From: Podarcis cretensis
Taxonomy: Eukaryota
DNA length: 64,000 bases
NCBI GenBank assembly: GCA_951804945.1
Contig: OX638156.1
Coordinates: forward strand, 44,516,001-44,580,000
Direction of reading: 5' to 3'
In this document: in pieces, positions 9,569-22,959 of the stretch
How the letters are laid out: each line of letters starts with the position of its first letter
Numbering within the stretch: position 1 is the first letter of the stretch
Program-made: the position numbers and the translations under genes
The notes under the pieces: model-generated
Told to the model about the DNA's origin: nothing
What the model saw: only the letters and a program-made list of their open reading frames with translations
Database searches by the model: none

Positions 9569-11996
9569 TAAAAAGTTAAAAAAAAATTTAACTGCTTGCC
9601 CGAATAAAGTTAAACACATTTGAGTGCTATCCTAAAAATCTAGACAGGATGATTTTTGAGCACGACAAAAGTGTGAGTGTGAGGTGAGGTGACAGAATTT
9701 AATCAACAAAAACTACTTTTTGGCATCCATCGCGTGCGCTCTCTCGAGAGAGAAAGAGAGAATGGAGTGCACTTCCAGGGGTGAAGTCAAACTGCTGTGT
9801 TGGCAGCACTGAAGTGACCTCTTCAGGGCACAATCCTGGGCAGTGAGCATGGAAGTCCAGGGCTGCCCAGACGACAAGACCCCCCTCTCAGCCTCACTGA
9901 TGTGGTCCAAAGGAAAGCAGAGCAATACATGGGGCATCACCTTGGCTGTGGAAGTTGCTGGAAGGAGGTGTAGAAGGCACCACCCAACCATCTTAGTGAT
10001 TCCACTCTGGATTTACGTAGGGTTCACTCCTTAGCTATTACTTCTCCCAAAGATATTCTGCAAGGCAGAGGAGGTTTAGGAGTTTTCTTTCTTCTAGATG
10101 GGCAACTTTCCCAGGTTGACAAGTCTCATCTGTCCCTCAATTCCCTCTACACTACAGCATGTAAGCATTGGGCCGACAGATCTTAGCCTTCCACCTAGTC
10201 CTCTTGTCCCTCCAAAAGTGACCTCCCTCTCACCTGGGTTATTTCTACATATGCAGCAGATTGAAGGGGAAGTAAGGTGGCAAAATCTTGAGGTGGAAGA
10301 ATGGATTGTATAATTACAGAATGCAGGTGGAAAGTATATTTCTGAATGCTCCCCTTTTGCAAACAACTGCCTGCAGGTAGGATACTAGCACAACAAGGAG
10401 CTGGGCTAGAGTCTTTCTCCCCTATGTGCTAATTTTTCCACCTACATGGAGGATTTCCTCTTTTAAACATGGGGTAGCATTCTAAGCAGCACTCAAATAG
10501 TTGTACACTCTGTATTAATAAATATCAGAAATAAAGGGAAATCGCCCCCTGTGAAACTATACATTACATTTATGCTGCCACAATTAGACTCACATCTATA
10601 CTGACATTACATCAAGTGACACATTTAATGTAAATTGTAGTTAGAGCCCAAGCTGCAATTGTAGAATTTACTGCATCAGTGTAAAACAGCAGCAGACTGA
10701 TTTCTTTAGATTTTTTTTCAAAAAAACAACAACACATATGAATAATTTGCTTGCAAATGATAAAGGGGAGTGAAGCATGAATGTGTATGTGTGTTCATCA
10801 ATAGTACAATTAATGCTCATATTCCAAGGACAATCTGTATTTTAGGACCAGAGTATCAGAGTGCAGCCCGCCATCTCTAGCATCTATCCGGCCCATTCAT
10901 TTTGCTAATATCCCTTGATTAAATGCAGTTGCTGGAATTCTTTAAGTAGTTTCACATCATCATTTGGGCACTCATTTAAATGGGTTTCCACTAATAAGAG
11001 TATAAGTTCAGTAGAGGTTAATGAACCATTAATTCACTCTTTTAACTAGCTCATTTATGTAACATATAGCCTGTTTATTTTCATGCAAACGAGCCACACA
11101 ACATTTAATAGGCTAAACAATCAAAGATATAAATAAACATGGTTTATGCAATCAGGCAATAATCTTCCCGCAACTGACTCGGGAGTATTTCCACTAATTT
11201 CAATGGCACTACTCCAGCATAAACGGTTATATGGTCCAGGTCATATTTCCCTGCAGTAAATACTAGAAGTCATATTAATTACTGCAACATCTATACCTGA
11301 AACTGAAAGAACATTTTGTTGGTGGGGAGATGGGAGGAGGGAGTCAAGAATATCTGTTGTTGCGGGTGCTGTAAGGAATGGTGTGAATAGCACAAGAGTG
11401 GGAGAAAGGCTCTCTGCCCCAAGGATGCTGCAGTTGTAACAGTAATTAGATCACACTCTTAGCAGATACTTATACCACTTCTCTTTCTTATAAAACCCTG
11501 GGGTGGAGGGAGAAACTTTCACCCTGCAGGTACATGGCTTGATTTCTAAACACTTGAGCACTATTTCAGATAGAAAGCACAATGAATCAGCTATAGCTGA
11601 AGTACTAGTCTTCCTCATTCCACCATTCTCAAGCAGTTGCTGGGGGGCTCCAACAAGCCTGGAGGGGCCTGCCACTACTGCCTATACTGATTAGTGCCAG
11701 GTAGTGGGCTGCATCTCAATGTCTTCAGGGCATTGTGAGAAACGATGACTACTTTAGTTTTTCACAATTACTTGGAATAACACTACTCCTGCCACCACAT
11801 AAGCCTGCCGGGGGGGCAACACCAAGAGACGCTTTATGAAGCACCCATTCAAAGCTAGAACTAGCCCTGGCACCATACTGCAACTCCATGCACTGGTATT
11901 TTCTTTGCGCACAGAACGTAAACATGTAAAAGTTGCATATGTTATCTGGATCCCTGCATTCTGCAATACAGAACATCACTATGATTTGCATAGGAG

Positions 11997-12750
11997 TGTT
12001 AAGAGTTCACAGGGAGGTTAAAGGTAAAAGGGGATATTTTGCTCAGGAAGTTCTGCACATAACACTCATAAGTTTAAAAGTAAATATTGAGCCAATATAT
12101 TTTCCACAGAAGGGTTAAAGTTTCAGCCTAGGAACTTGGCAATTAAGACTCCCGTTCTCCTTCTGATTAGCTAAAAGGTTGGGAGAGGGAGTGATAATAT
12201 TTTATATGAGGTGGAAAATAGGGTAGTTTGCTGAAAGAATTGCAGAGTCAGAAACATGAAGAGCTATAAGAAAGAAAAGGGCTGAATCACTTTAAGAGAT
12301 CTAGAACATTGACAAGCATTAGCACATTGGACATTAGCATTGGACATTAGCATTAGGACATTGCAGCAAGAAAGGTCCAGGAGAAGACCACAAAGAAGCC
12401 AGCAGCTGAACTAAGACAAGCAAATAAGCAAGTATTGGACTAGTTATGGAAACAGTATAGAATAGATATAGCTGGATTTGTTTATCCATGTTCATTTTTT
12501 AATTTGCTCAAATAGTAAATAACAACAATCATTTTTATTTTTAAAAATCTTAAATGTTATTTAATCTACTGCCTTGTGAGAACCTTAAGTAAAAACATAG
12601 TTTCTTGTGGGGAGAACGTCTGAGGCCTTGTTACTCATCCCACACAGGGAGTAGGTATGTATGACCAGCTGAAGTCCTAAGGTTAAAGAGTTGTTTAGTG
12701 GAGGCAGTCAGAGAAATATTTTTCACTTGGAGGCAATAATGAACTTAACA
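11997..12750. mobile_element. Solo-LTR-like element
   Basis: Inverted termini TGTTAAGAGTTC / GAACTTAACA (TG...CA), with an internal short tandem repeat (CATTGGACATTAG) at about 12315-12362. Flanks AGGAG/AGGCA match only partly. Confidence 0.5.
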
Positions 12751-13096
12751 AGGCACAGGGATTCACTTTGTTTCTTTGTCTCCCTTCCTCTCATACTGCT
12801 GGTTACAGTCCATGCCTTCACACATGCACTGACTATGCCCCTGTGAAGAATTGTGGTTTGAATGACTCACTTGATATAAGTGTGAACAGTCCGCTGAAAA
12901 GCATTGCATTTGCGATGATGTCGTAAGAACATTCCATCTGCAAGGTTTGATTTAGGATGGCTTGTTCACAAATGCATGCCACCTGATATTTAGTAAGCTA
13001 ACAATGAGCATGTATGTGTGTGTGAAAGAGCACAAACAAAATGGATGAAACATGGCACAGCCCATAATTGCATATTAGGCTTTATATAGATTATTT

Positions 13097-13226
13097 CAGG
13101 GGTAGGCAATGTGGTGGCCCTCTAGATGTTTTTGACTGCAGCTCCTATCAGCCCCAGGCAGCATTGGTGAAGGATGATGGGTGTTGTAGTCCAAAACACC
13201 TGAAGGGCACTACATTGGCTACCTTG
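13097..13226. mobile_element. Palindromic hAT-type MITE (~130 bp)
   Basis: CAGGGGTAGGCAA...TTGGCTACCTTG termini, with a core (CTCCTATCAGCCCCAGG...GATGATGGG..TTGTAGTCC) shared with four other copies in the window. Confidence 0.7.
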
Positions 13227-13268
13227 GATACGATCAAGGGTGAAATCTGCTACCCTTTTGCTGTAGAG

Positions 13269-13395
13269 CAGGAGCATGGAACCTGTGCTCCTCCAGATGT
13301 TGTTGGACTCCAATTCCTATCAGCCCCAGGTAGCATTGCCAATGGTCAGTGGAACTGAGTAGTAGTCCAACTGAGGACCACGTTCCCCACCCCTG
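13269..13395. mobile_element. Palindromic hAT-type MITE (~130 bp)
   Basis: CAGG...CCCTG termini. 8-bp TSD CTGTAGAG (13261-13268) / CTGTAGGG (13396-13403). Confidence 0.8.
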
Positions 13396-16017
13396 CTGTA
13401 GGGGCTACTTCATGTATTACATTTCTTAAGGTGGACACCTAACTATGTTGTTCCATTGTAATGTGCAGATGTGACTAAGTGGTGATTCAAAACTATGTAT
13501 CATATATATGGACAACTTGTCAGAGCAGTTTGTTGCTTGTGCACTGGGTGAAAAACCCAGGTTTTTTGCTGTATAATGTGTGAACTGGGATAGCCCAGTT
13601 CAAATAAATGAGCTCACTGCAGAATGTGTTGGATATGGACTGCAGCCAAAGCTAACACTAGCCTTTGACCCGGCCAAAGTAAATTATAGTTAATGATTAA
13701 AGCTGTCAGACTATTTCTAGGAATGCACCTTCAGTAACCTTTAGCACAGCTCAGCTGCAGGTACTTTATTTGCAAGAAGTGTTTTGTTTTCTGAAATCCC
13801 AATCCTGAAGTTGTTTGTGTTTTTTAGAGGAGGAGGGAGGGAATCTTCTAGGGAAAGTAGCCAATCTCTCCTGTCAGCAGTAGGAAGTATGAATATGCAC
13901 GGAGGAGAACAGATCAATTTGGAAGCAGCTCATTTACTGTAAATACTCAAAGTTCAGCTATATGCTTAGCCAGTGCTTATTAAAATAGCTTTGAATATAT
14001 TCTGACCTCTAATAAAGAGCAGGTTAAAAACAACGAGAATGAGCTCCAAAACAGCCAAAGACTAATGGTTTCATTTTCTTGTACTCTCCTCTCCTCTCAG
14101 CAAACAAGGCTGCCGCCGCCACCACCACCCTTACCTCCTTCCAGGATGTAGGCAAATGTGTGCACTTAACAGGATGCCCTATCCTCTACCAAAAACAAAT
14201 ATAACCACACAAGGGTAGGTGCAAAGAGGCACTGATCTGAACCATAGTGTGATTTGGAATACATCAGACATGCGTTCAAAACTCTGCTCCGGAACTAGGG
14301 CAGCTTCCAATCTAAAATTCATTCCCCTGAGTTAAGTGGGACAAAAACAATACGGTGTGGTTTTTCAGATTGAAAGGAATTAAGGAAGAGAGCTATGTTA
14401 GCTCAGACACAGTTATGACCACCTGAAAAGAAGTGGGATGCCTTTGGTTCTAGGCTGAAGTGAACACGACCTGTGTTTTCAGAAAAGACCTTTACCTCCA
14501 ACAGAGCTTCTTAGAGCATCCAAGTCATTGGACATCAACAACTGTTGTGTAGATTTTCCAATCACAGGGTGGATTCACTAAGCAGGCTCCAGTATGGTTT
14601 CAAATCATGTTCAATGGAAAATGGTTAGAATTTCCTCATAGAAATTCATGTATGAGAAGGGGAGGGTCCAGAGTGCTTGGGAACATTAAGTGTGGAGCCA
14701 GCGTGGAAAGCCCTTACCCATTTTGAGCCCACATGCATTCTTTTGAGGGCTAGGAGAGGGCTTTTAATTTATAGAAACCGCATTGTCCACTGTAGTCTTC
14801 CAGAGGCATGAGAACACTTAAAGCTGCCTTTAGGCCAAGGCAGCTGGTCCCAATCCTGCTTCATCTGTGGGGTTTTTTAACTAGGCAATGCAAACAGTTG
14901 AATTAGATATGACTGCCCAAGCCCTGTCCTCCAGTGAAAATGTACCAGATTTTTCATCTGCAGTAACTTCTTATAAAGTGTGTGTGTGTGGGGGGGGTTT
15001 CCCTTGTGGCACCCTGAGTACTTATATGTCCACCAAGGTCCCCTCCCCCACTGTAATTAGTATTAAAAGATGGGTTCTGTTGTAGCCGATAAAATAGGTT
15101 GTGGCTTGAGCTTGCTCCCAAGTGTGTGTCTCTCTGTGTTGTACCCACAACAGTTTCTTCAGTTGGCAAAGTGCCCATTGGTCCCCAAAGGTTGGTGATA
15201 CCAAGTAAACAAAGGGTAGCAAACCAGACTGTGAATCATTGAAAGAAATAAAAACACTGCAAATTTCCAGTAACATGGATTATTGGTCATAAGACTTCAT
15301 AGAAAACAGAATATGTATTTATAGCTCAATTTCAACATCTTCCCCCCACCCCCTACATTTACTGCAACACACTTTCCAATCTGATTCCCATGAGTATATC
15401 GAAACCAGTATTTAACCCACTTCCTATTGTGGTACACTCTGTAACCACTTCAGATTTGACTGTATGAACTACTGCTCTGTTCCCTACCCTTCTACCATTA
15501 CCTAAGCATTCTTTTAGGTATTAGTTATTTTCCCCTCCCATTTGCATTTGCTTTCCTTCCTTCCTTTTATCAGTGATCTGCCTGCAGTTTCAGCCACCCC
15601 CACAGTAATGAAGCATGAAGGTGAAACGATCAAAAAGGAAAATAAAATGAAATAACAATAACATGTGTCACAAAACATTCTTGTGAAATTCTTTTTCTCC
15701 AAAACAATCTAATCAGTAAACATTGAAAACAATGAAACATCCAGGTCTTCTCCTTTCTCCATTAAGAAGCATTTGTACCTAATTTATCAACCTGTACTTA
15801 CATGGTTAAGTTCCTAAGGTTAAACTGTTTTGCTCATTCATTCATTTCACTTTCCCCCACCCTTCCAAGTAGCTCAGGGAAGTGTGCATAGTTTCCACCC
15901 CCATTTTATCTACGCTGCAATCCATGAATAGAGGGGTTCAAACCCCCAACCAACCACCCATTCAAAGAAGTATGGCAACAGTGGGGTTAACCCATGGGAC
16001 TCTGCAATGCCCCTATG

Positions 16018-16654
16018 TGTCATGAGCTGGCAGGACAGCAGGCAGGAGGAAGAGGATCCTGGCAAGGGGTATAGCCATGACTGGGACACACAGGGGCAAG
16101 CTGGGGATGGGGAAGGAGAGATTCGTGTAGAAAGTACTCACGGGCGATGGTAGGTGGCAAGAGGATGGAAGTCAGTGCACAGGAACCAGAGCAGCAGGAC
16201 ACATCACCAGAGCCAGAGGAGCCCCTATCTCCCTGAACATGGCAGGTTATGAGGCAGCAGGAGGAACACTCCAGAAGGCAGAGGCAGGCAAGAACTCACT
16301 AGCTAGCCAGGTGGAGCTTGTTAGCTCTGGGAGGAGGTGTGTGATTCTTCAGCTGGAACAGGTGAAGGTCACATGTCTTGTCAAGCCCAGATGCTGCAAT
16401 CAGCATGCAAAGTATAAAACAGTAGAGCTGACATGCTGGTGCTGCTCAACTTCCCACATTGGTTGGATCATGGCTTGGTTGTTCCAGAGAGCTCTTTGGG
16501 AATGTTTGTGCGGGACTGACCTCAGGCTGCAGAGGCAGGAACCTGGCATGACTAGACTTTGGTCTTGTTAGCCTGTTAGCCTATGGGCTAGCATCTGCCA
16601 TGGAATCATGTGGGCTAGTGGGACTTGCTGCCAGGTACCCTGTGGTTCAGGACA
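16018..16654. mobile_element. Solo-LTR-like element
   Basis: Inverted termini TGTCATGAGC / GTTCAGGACA (8/10). Flanking 5-mers CTATG / CTATA resemble a TSD. Confidence 0.6.
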
Positions 16655-17456
16655 CTATATTCATTATTAGAGTGGTCACTTACATAATTCAAAAGGAAAG
16701 GGAAACACATCATGAAAAAAGTCACATTTGAATCAAGTTTGCATAGCTAATGTGTGTGCATGTTTATACAAAATTAGAAATAATTGCTATCATTTAAATA
16801 GAAACGCAGTACATCTCACCTCATTTGAATAGGAACACAATATATCTCATCCTAAGCTAAGGGAAGATTGAGCAGGTGACCTGTGTGTCTGCTCAGGCTG
16901 TGGTCCAGGTGCTGACTGTTGCTGGGTAACTTCAAGGCCACCCTGGTCTCAGTTCTTTAAACATGGCTTGGACAGGACAGTCCTTCAAATAGAAGGCTCC
17001 TTCAAAGAGAAGACTGTTGACCCTCTACTTAAAGGCACAGACACCAAGATAACATGACATGTTCTTTGGTGCTGAGAAACAGTAGTGGGCAGTGTTAGGA
17101 CTGAGAGAGGCAGAAATTGCTGGGAGCACCTTAGCAGAAATTGAGATCCAGCCTTGGGGGAAGAAGACTGCTGTACAAGTTGCTTTCTGAGGATCTGCAT
17201 GGTCAGCTCTGTCAATTTTCTCCATTTAAGCTCTGCTTGTATAGCTGTAAGTAATCCTGCTATTACAAAGGTGCTATCAGTTTACAATACTCTCTCACCC
17301 AAAGCAAACTAGAACCTTTAGTACTGGCATCAAACTCTGCAGCACCCCAAAGTGGGGGTCACATAATCATAGTGTGCTGAAGGCTGTATGTATTACTGCA
17401 TTTTCTAGACCACAAAATTAAATTCCTGCTTCTTCCAGATGGCCCGTGTGTAAGCA

Positions 17457-17490
17457 TGTGTGTGTGTGCTCTCTCTCTCTCTCTCTCCCC

Positions 17491-17549
<59 letters not shown>

Positions 17550-17550
17550 A
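17457..17550. repeat. Compound microsatellite (TG)n(CT)n(CA)n
   Basis: Seen directly in the sequence. Confidence 0.95.
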
Positions 17551-17658
17551 TGCAGACACACTGTTCTTTTGCAGCTTTAAAGAACCTTTTATTCCAAAAA
17601 CATTTTTCAGTTGTTTATTCGAATGCATGTAGAAGGATAATCACTGCATCAACTGGCC

Positions 17659-17715
17659 CTGCCCCCATCATGCGTTTGGTGTAATGTCTGAAAGAGCCTT
17701 CTAGAGAAGTGTAGG
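17659..17715 (+). repeat. 57-bp direct repeat, copy 1 (copy 2 at 19193-19249)
   Basis: 52/57 identity between copies, with an identical 29-bp core TCTGAAAGAGCCTTCTAGAGAAGTGTAGG. Confidence 0.9.
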
Positions 17716-19192
17716 TCCTGTCTGCACAGTTGGGGATCCCAGACTATGAAAGAGTCCTGGAGTGCTCATGCAGTGCATGCATACATGCAGTGGACAGTAC
17801 ACTGCGCATGAGGAAGAGGTAGTGGTTACAATCCTACAAGCATTCAAAACAGGTTTGTTTGTTATTTTTAAAAAACTGTATTTTCAGCTGTGGGGCTCTA
17901 GGGTGAGCCAGCCAGATAGTGGGTTGGTCAAAGATGGATGAAGCTGAAGGAGGATTATTTTAGGCGTGTTATCACTGAACAGAGGTACACAATGTCCCTA
18001 CACATGTACAAGTGTTTGTGTGAAAGTGTGCTGATTTGTCCAGTTCAGCTGTTGGGTACCAGAATGTACATTCACTGAACACTACATGTGACTAAAGTAT
18101 GAGTGTACAACTCAAATATATGTGTATACAGATTGTATGCTTATTGAATGTAATGTGTAAACACCTCTTTAATGAATATCTATAAGGTAGCTTGAAGTCA
18201 GTGGCATAGACCAGTCTAGCAGCTGGGAAAGTTTGAAGAGAAACCTTAAGACTTACAAAAAATAGTCAGAGATGCAATCTCCCCCCTTCCCCCCGCCCCT
18301 TTACATCCAAAAGGTTCTGCTGTTCGGAGTAACATTTTAACAGCAGTGCCTTCTGAGAAGAACATTGCTTCTGATGGAATGCAGTAAATGGTCCAGAAGA
18401 TTAATGGGCTGCTTTAAGGAAAGAGACTCTTTCAAATCTCTTTGCAGCCAGTGATGGGGAAGTGTATGGGTTTTTGCAAAGGATCAGAAGTTCTCTTCTA
18501 AATTCAACATGTTGGAAGCAAATTATAACACTTTCAGTCATTAGCCATTTTAATGCAGGAAGTTCTTTTAAAGTGTCTTTTTTCATAGACATTTCCAAAT
18601 AAATGACTGTCCTGTGCGTGTGCATACCACACGCACACACCACACGCACACACATTCATTCATTCATTCACTAAAAGATAAAACATTACATTAAATGCTC
18701 AGTTCCAGTGATAAGCTAAAAGATTTTGCAGTTCAGGGACTGAGGATCAGAAAAAGAAAACAATGAAGGACAGAAGGATGAAGAACAGATTCCAACAGAA
18801 GATTCCAGCTAACAGAAGTATTTTTGATAACACAGCAACACAGCCAGAATTGTCAATCCTAAGAAATTTCACAAAGTGCCACTGTACAGCATATACCTTT
18901 TAAGAGATGTTTCCAAACTTGGGCTTCCAGTAAAACTTTGGGTGACAGCCAGTATTATGCAGAGGTCATGAACCAAGGAGACAAAGCCTGTAGCCAGAAC
19001 CAAAGGAAAAACCAGGCAGCTGGAGCCAGGTGCAAGCAGGACTGAAGAACCACCAAAAGGTACAGCAGAGATTAGGAAGCTTTCCAAGCGCCATGCGTTA
19101 GAGGTGGGCAGGGCCAGAAGCAGAAGTGGGCAGAGCAACAAACATTAATTTTACTTTTGTACAGTAGACTAGTTGGTGCACACCAGGGCCGG

Positions 19193-19249
19193 CTGCCACC
19201 ACCATGCATTTAGTGTAATATCTGAAAGAGCCTTCTAGAGAAGTGTAGG
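19193..19249 (+). repeat. 57-bp direct repeat, copy 2
   Basis: Matches 17659-17715 at 52/57 positions. Confidence 0.9.
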
Positions 19250-19559
19250 AGAAGCAGCACTGGCACTGATTTCCAGCAAGATCTCACTGAAATCACATGA
19301 AATCTTGTGCAGCATGCGATATCTGACCCAAAAATGGTGCCAATGCTGGGGCCGCTTCTTGACTGGTGGTTGAGGTGGCAAGGCAGGTGGTGCAGGTGGC
19401 ACAGTACTTCCTGTTTCACAAGTGGCAAAATGAGATGCGCCACCCCTGCTCCATCCACTCTCCACACACCCCTCTCTATCCTTGATCCAGACAACCAAGG
19501 GGCATGATCAAAGTTCAAGAACACAGAGACATTCCAGCTGCGCAAAAACAAACATGTGG

Positions 19560-20170
19560 AAGCAGCGTGGATGAAGGGTATGGCCTGGAGGGAGACTAGA
19601 GGACCAGATAGAGTGGCTTGGAGGGCAACATTCAGCTGCCAGGTCTGAGGTTCCACACCTCTGGAATATAGGGACACACCAAGGACAAGAAAACCTTGTT
19701 GTTAACTCAGACTGGGAGCCGTATTATAGACCTTTTTAGAAATATCTATTGAACAGCTTGAGTGGGTGTGCCACACTCAGTTCTGGAGGTGTCCAGTATG
19801 AGCCCAGCTGCCCCTGGAAAGTGGGGTGTGGAGCCTCAGAACCAGGGCCAAATGGTGCTATCCATGCTTTTGTATTTGGCTCCCAAGACTCTCTGCAGGG
19901 CACACACCCTCCCCACAGGCCATGGTCATCACCAGCCCTGCTTTGTCCTCTCATTGAGAGCTTTTTCTGACCGGAACATGTGATAATGCATCTTGCTTGC
20001 CTGCAATGAGGATGAAAAGATGTGAGTGGGTTTGTGACTGAATAAACCTCTAGCTTTTGACAGTTGCTTTACCTCCCCCCCCCCCTTTCTTGTCTTTGGC
20101 CTCACCCACCATTGTCATGCAGCCTATGAAAAGAGGGCCACAAGGAAATGTAGCCCTTGGGCTCAAAAAG
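19560..20170. mobile_element. Two degraded hAT-like elements with related ends in inverted orientation
   Basis: The end at about 19600-19663 (...CAGGTCTGAGGTTCCACACCTCTG) is the reverse-complement counterpart of the start at about 19821 (GGGGTGTGGAGCCTCAGAACC...). Confidence 0.45.
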
Positions 20171-20178
20171 CCCTAGAT

Positions 20179-20294
20179 CAGGTGTGGGGTTACAGCTGCT
20201 GCTGAGCTACAACTCCCATCAGCCCCAGGAAGCATGGCCAAGGACCAGGGATCCTGGGAGTTAGAGTTCAGAAACCGATGGAAGGTCAAACCTA
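20179..20294. mobile_element. Palindromic hAT-type MITE
   Basis: Core CTACAACTCCCATCAGCCCCAG...GGGAGTT. 8-bp TSD CCCTAGAT / CCCTAGAA. Confidence 0.75.
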
Positions 20295-21351
20295 CCCTAG
20301 AACAAATGGTAATCAAGACAAGGAAAGTCTTTGCAGAGCCCCTTCCTTTATTTAACCCCTTAACATCTCGTTTATGGCACTACAATTTTCAGTGTAGCCT
20401 TCCAGCTTGGGTTGTGGTAGCACAGGAAAACTAAGCAGCAACATTTCACATGGCCTGTTACCTCCCCTTGGTCCACCATAGCACATTGTGCCAACTCCCA
20501 GTTTTGGGAAATTCCATTCTACAAAGCCTGCATATATTAGGCATGCGTTAGAAGTACTCTACATCGCCAAATTATATTCAGCAAAGAGCAAGCTATCGAA
20601 CACATTTCATAGAGAGAGAAAGAGCACTTGGGAAAATATTTCCCTTGATCGTTTTTCTCCATAAGTTCCTCTGGCAACCGATTCTAAACATAGGTGCCAA
20701 ATTATGGTAGCTCTAAGCATTCTATTACTCTTTGGCACACTAAAGAGCCAGTGATTTAAGACAGTTTGAGATGTCCATTAGCTGTAGCAATGAATTCAAA
20801 TACTAAGAAGCCAGGCCATAAATCCACTTTCACACAAAGATTAACCACCGCTAATACTTCTGTTTGTCTAATATTAGCGGCTCCTTCTTTAACTAGGAAC
20901 CACAGAGATCTCTGCTTGCTAATATCATCTTTTCTTTTCCTTTCCTTTTTTTTGGTTGGGGGAAGATATAGTTAGATTGGTTTCTGCTAAAGAATCTGTA
21001 AAGGTGAAGACTGTCCATTTTGTAAAGAAACAGACACCAGAGCTTAAAACCATCATATGCACTATGCATGTGTACACAAACAAACGAGACACACTGACTA
21101 TCAGTGGTTATTATGATAAGGCATCAGCTATGCCCTATGGGCAGTTTTCAACAAATGAGTGCAAGATTTTCTACTTCTGCAATGGGTCTTTCGCCTCTCA
21201 TGTGTGCCTTGTAAACTCCCAAAAACTGACCTAGGGGATTGGGGCAACTCTTAGAACAGAATTAGGGGACAAGTGGAGAGAGGAGGAAGAACACCAGTTC
21301 TATTAAGCATTGCCTACACATATATTAGCAGACTAAAGTGTCTGACTATCT

Positions 21352-21980
21352 TAGGGTTGCCATATTTCAAGAAGTAAATTTTTAAAAAATGAAAACCCGA
21401 AAGTTGAGGGTAAGAGGCGAAGCGTGGGAATGCAATGGGGGAGACAGAGTGGCATAAACGGTGGGAGCAGAGGTCACACTCAACTGGCACTAGGGAATCC
21501 CTGCTCATTCGCTCCAGGCAAGCAGCAGGAGCGGGACCTCCCCTCCCTAATCTGGCTGCTAGTTTGGAGCGAGCTGGCAGCAGCAGCAGCATGAAGCGCT
21601 CATAACCGGACTACAGCTCCTCCAACAGTGAGGAACTGGATGAGCCCATTGAAGTGGAGAAGAAGAGCAGAGATGAGAATGGGAACTTGAGCTCCGCTGC
21701 AGGTTTCATGTCTCCAACCACCATGTCCCAAATTCTGGCTTGGAAAAGATGCAGAGGGATTACTGAAAAGCATTGCAGGGATCAACTAAACTGGAGAAAG
21801 CTGAAATCCTGCAAAATGACTATGGATCACCTGAAAATGCCAAAAAAGGAAAGTGATTTCTCATTTTTCTTACCAAAGTTCCAGGACAAACCACTGTCTT
21901 CCAGAAATTCCTCCCAGATGTCACGTCTGCCTTTGAAATCCAGGTAAAGTCCTGGAAATCCTGGATGTATGGCAGCCCTA
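21352..21980. mobile_element. Non-autonomous hAT transposon (629 bp)
   Basis: TIRs TAGGGTTGCCATA / TATGGCAGCCCTA. Perfect 8-bp TSD GACTATCT (21344-21351 and 21981-21988). Confidence 0.9.
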
Positions 21981-22718
21981 GACTATCTCCCATGCAAGCT
22001 TTGTATAAAAGAGGCAGGGAAAGCTTGCCCCAGATTTCTAATGTGCATATCTGGCTGGCTTTTCACTCTAGACAGAGCTGGCTCTCAGCATGTATTAGTC
22101 AGGAAGCTGGTTGATGGGGCTCCTCCAATGTATGTGCTGTAGAGCCTGGAGCAGGGATAGGTATAATAGGTAACTTATCTTCACAAAGCAAAGGAGAAAG
22201 GTGCAGAGGAAGCAAGAGAAATTTGTTTGCGAAAGCGCTGGAGAGCAGTACTGGCCCTATACATTTTGCTGCCTGAAGTGTAACACCAAACAGTATTTTA
22301 CTCTCTCTCTTCCACCACCACTATCACAGAAGTACAAACTGTGGTGCTGTCAACTTTGGAGAAGGAGTCCTAGGGATATTGGAGATACACAAAAGGCTGG
22401 AATACGTCTTGCATTTTGATGTAATACACATTATCATTTAGAGAAGGTGGCATAAGGCTAGTTAAGTCCAGGGTCTAAAATTACTTAATTGCACCTCTGA
22501 GTGCAAATACTTGAAAGAAGTTTCACTGCACCATTCAACTGAACATTAATTCCTGTTTTTCTTCATCTCATTATATTATGCAGCCTGCTTCAGCTTGCTG
22601 CAAGATATGACTGGCCCCATTTTTAGGAGTTTCCTTACCTGTGAAGATTGCTTGCCTGATAACTATAGAAAAATGAAAAGACTGGTGGAGGCAAAATGGA
22701 CTGCTGTGTAACACAGCA

Positions 22719-22872
22719 AGCTGCCTTATTCTGAGGCAGATCATTGGTCCATCCAACTGGCAGTGGCTCTCAAGGGCTTCAGGCAGGGGTCTCTACCAGC
22801 CCTATCTGGAGATGCCAGGGATTGAAACCAGGGCCTTCTGCATGCAAAACAGATGCTATACCATGCCCCTTC
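22719..22872 (-). mobile_element. Squam3-type tRNA-derived SINE
   Basis: Reverse complement reads AGCATCTGTTTTGCATGCAGAAGGCCCTGGTTTCAATCCCTGGCATCTCCAGATAGGGCTGG...GATGGACCAATG...ATAAGGCAGCT. Confidence 0.85.
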
Positions 22873-22959
22873 ACCTAAATGCATGACCTATCTTTTTATG
22901 TTCCTATGCTTGTTCCTAAAATAATCTAAAACAGAGTCTGCACTGACTAGTACTCACTG

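Noticed and set aside
10541-10556. CTCF-like motif (reverse complement CACAGGGGGCGA)
   Set aside because: Only a partial core match, which is expected by chance.
12315-12362. CRISPR-like or functional repeat array
   Set aside because: It is a short degenerate tandem repeat without spacers inside an LTR-like element in eukaryotic DNA.
14135-14185. Possible 51-nt frame-preserving exon on the minus strand (TTTGTTTTTGGTAG|...GAG|GTAAGG; RIGHPVKCTHLPTSWKE)
   Set aside because: The splice motifs are plausible, but such pairs arise by chance in 64 kb. The peptide is unrecognised and would need RNA-seq junction support.
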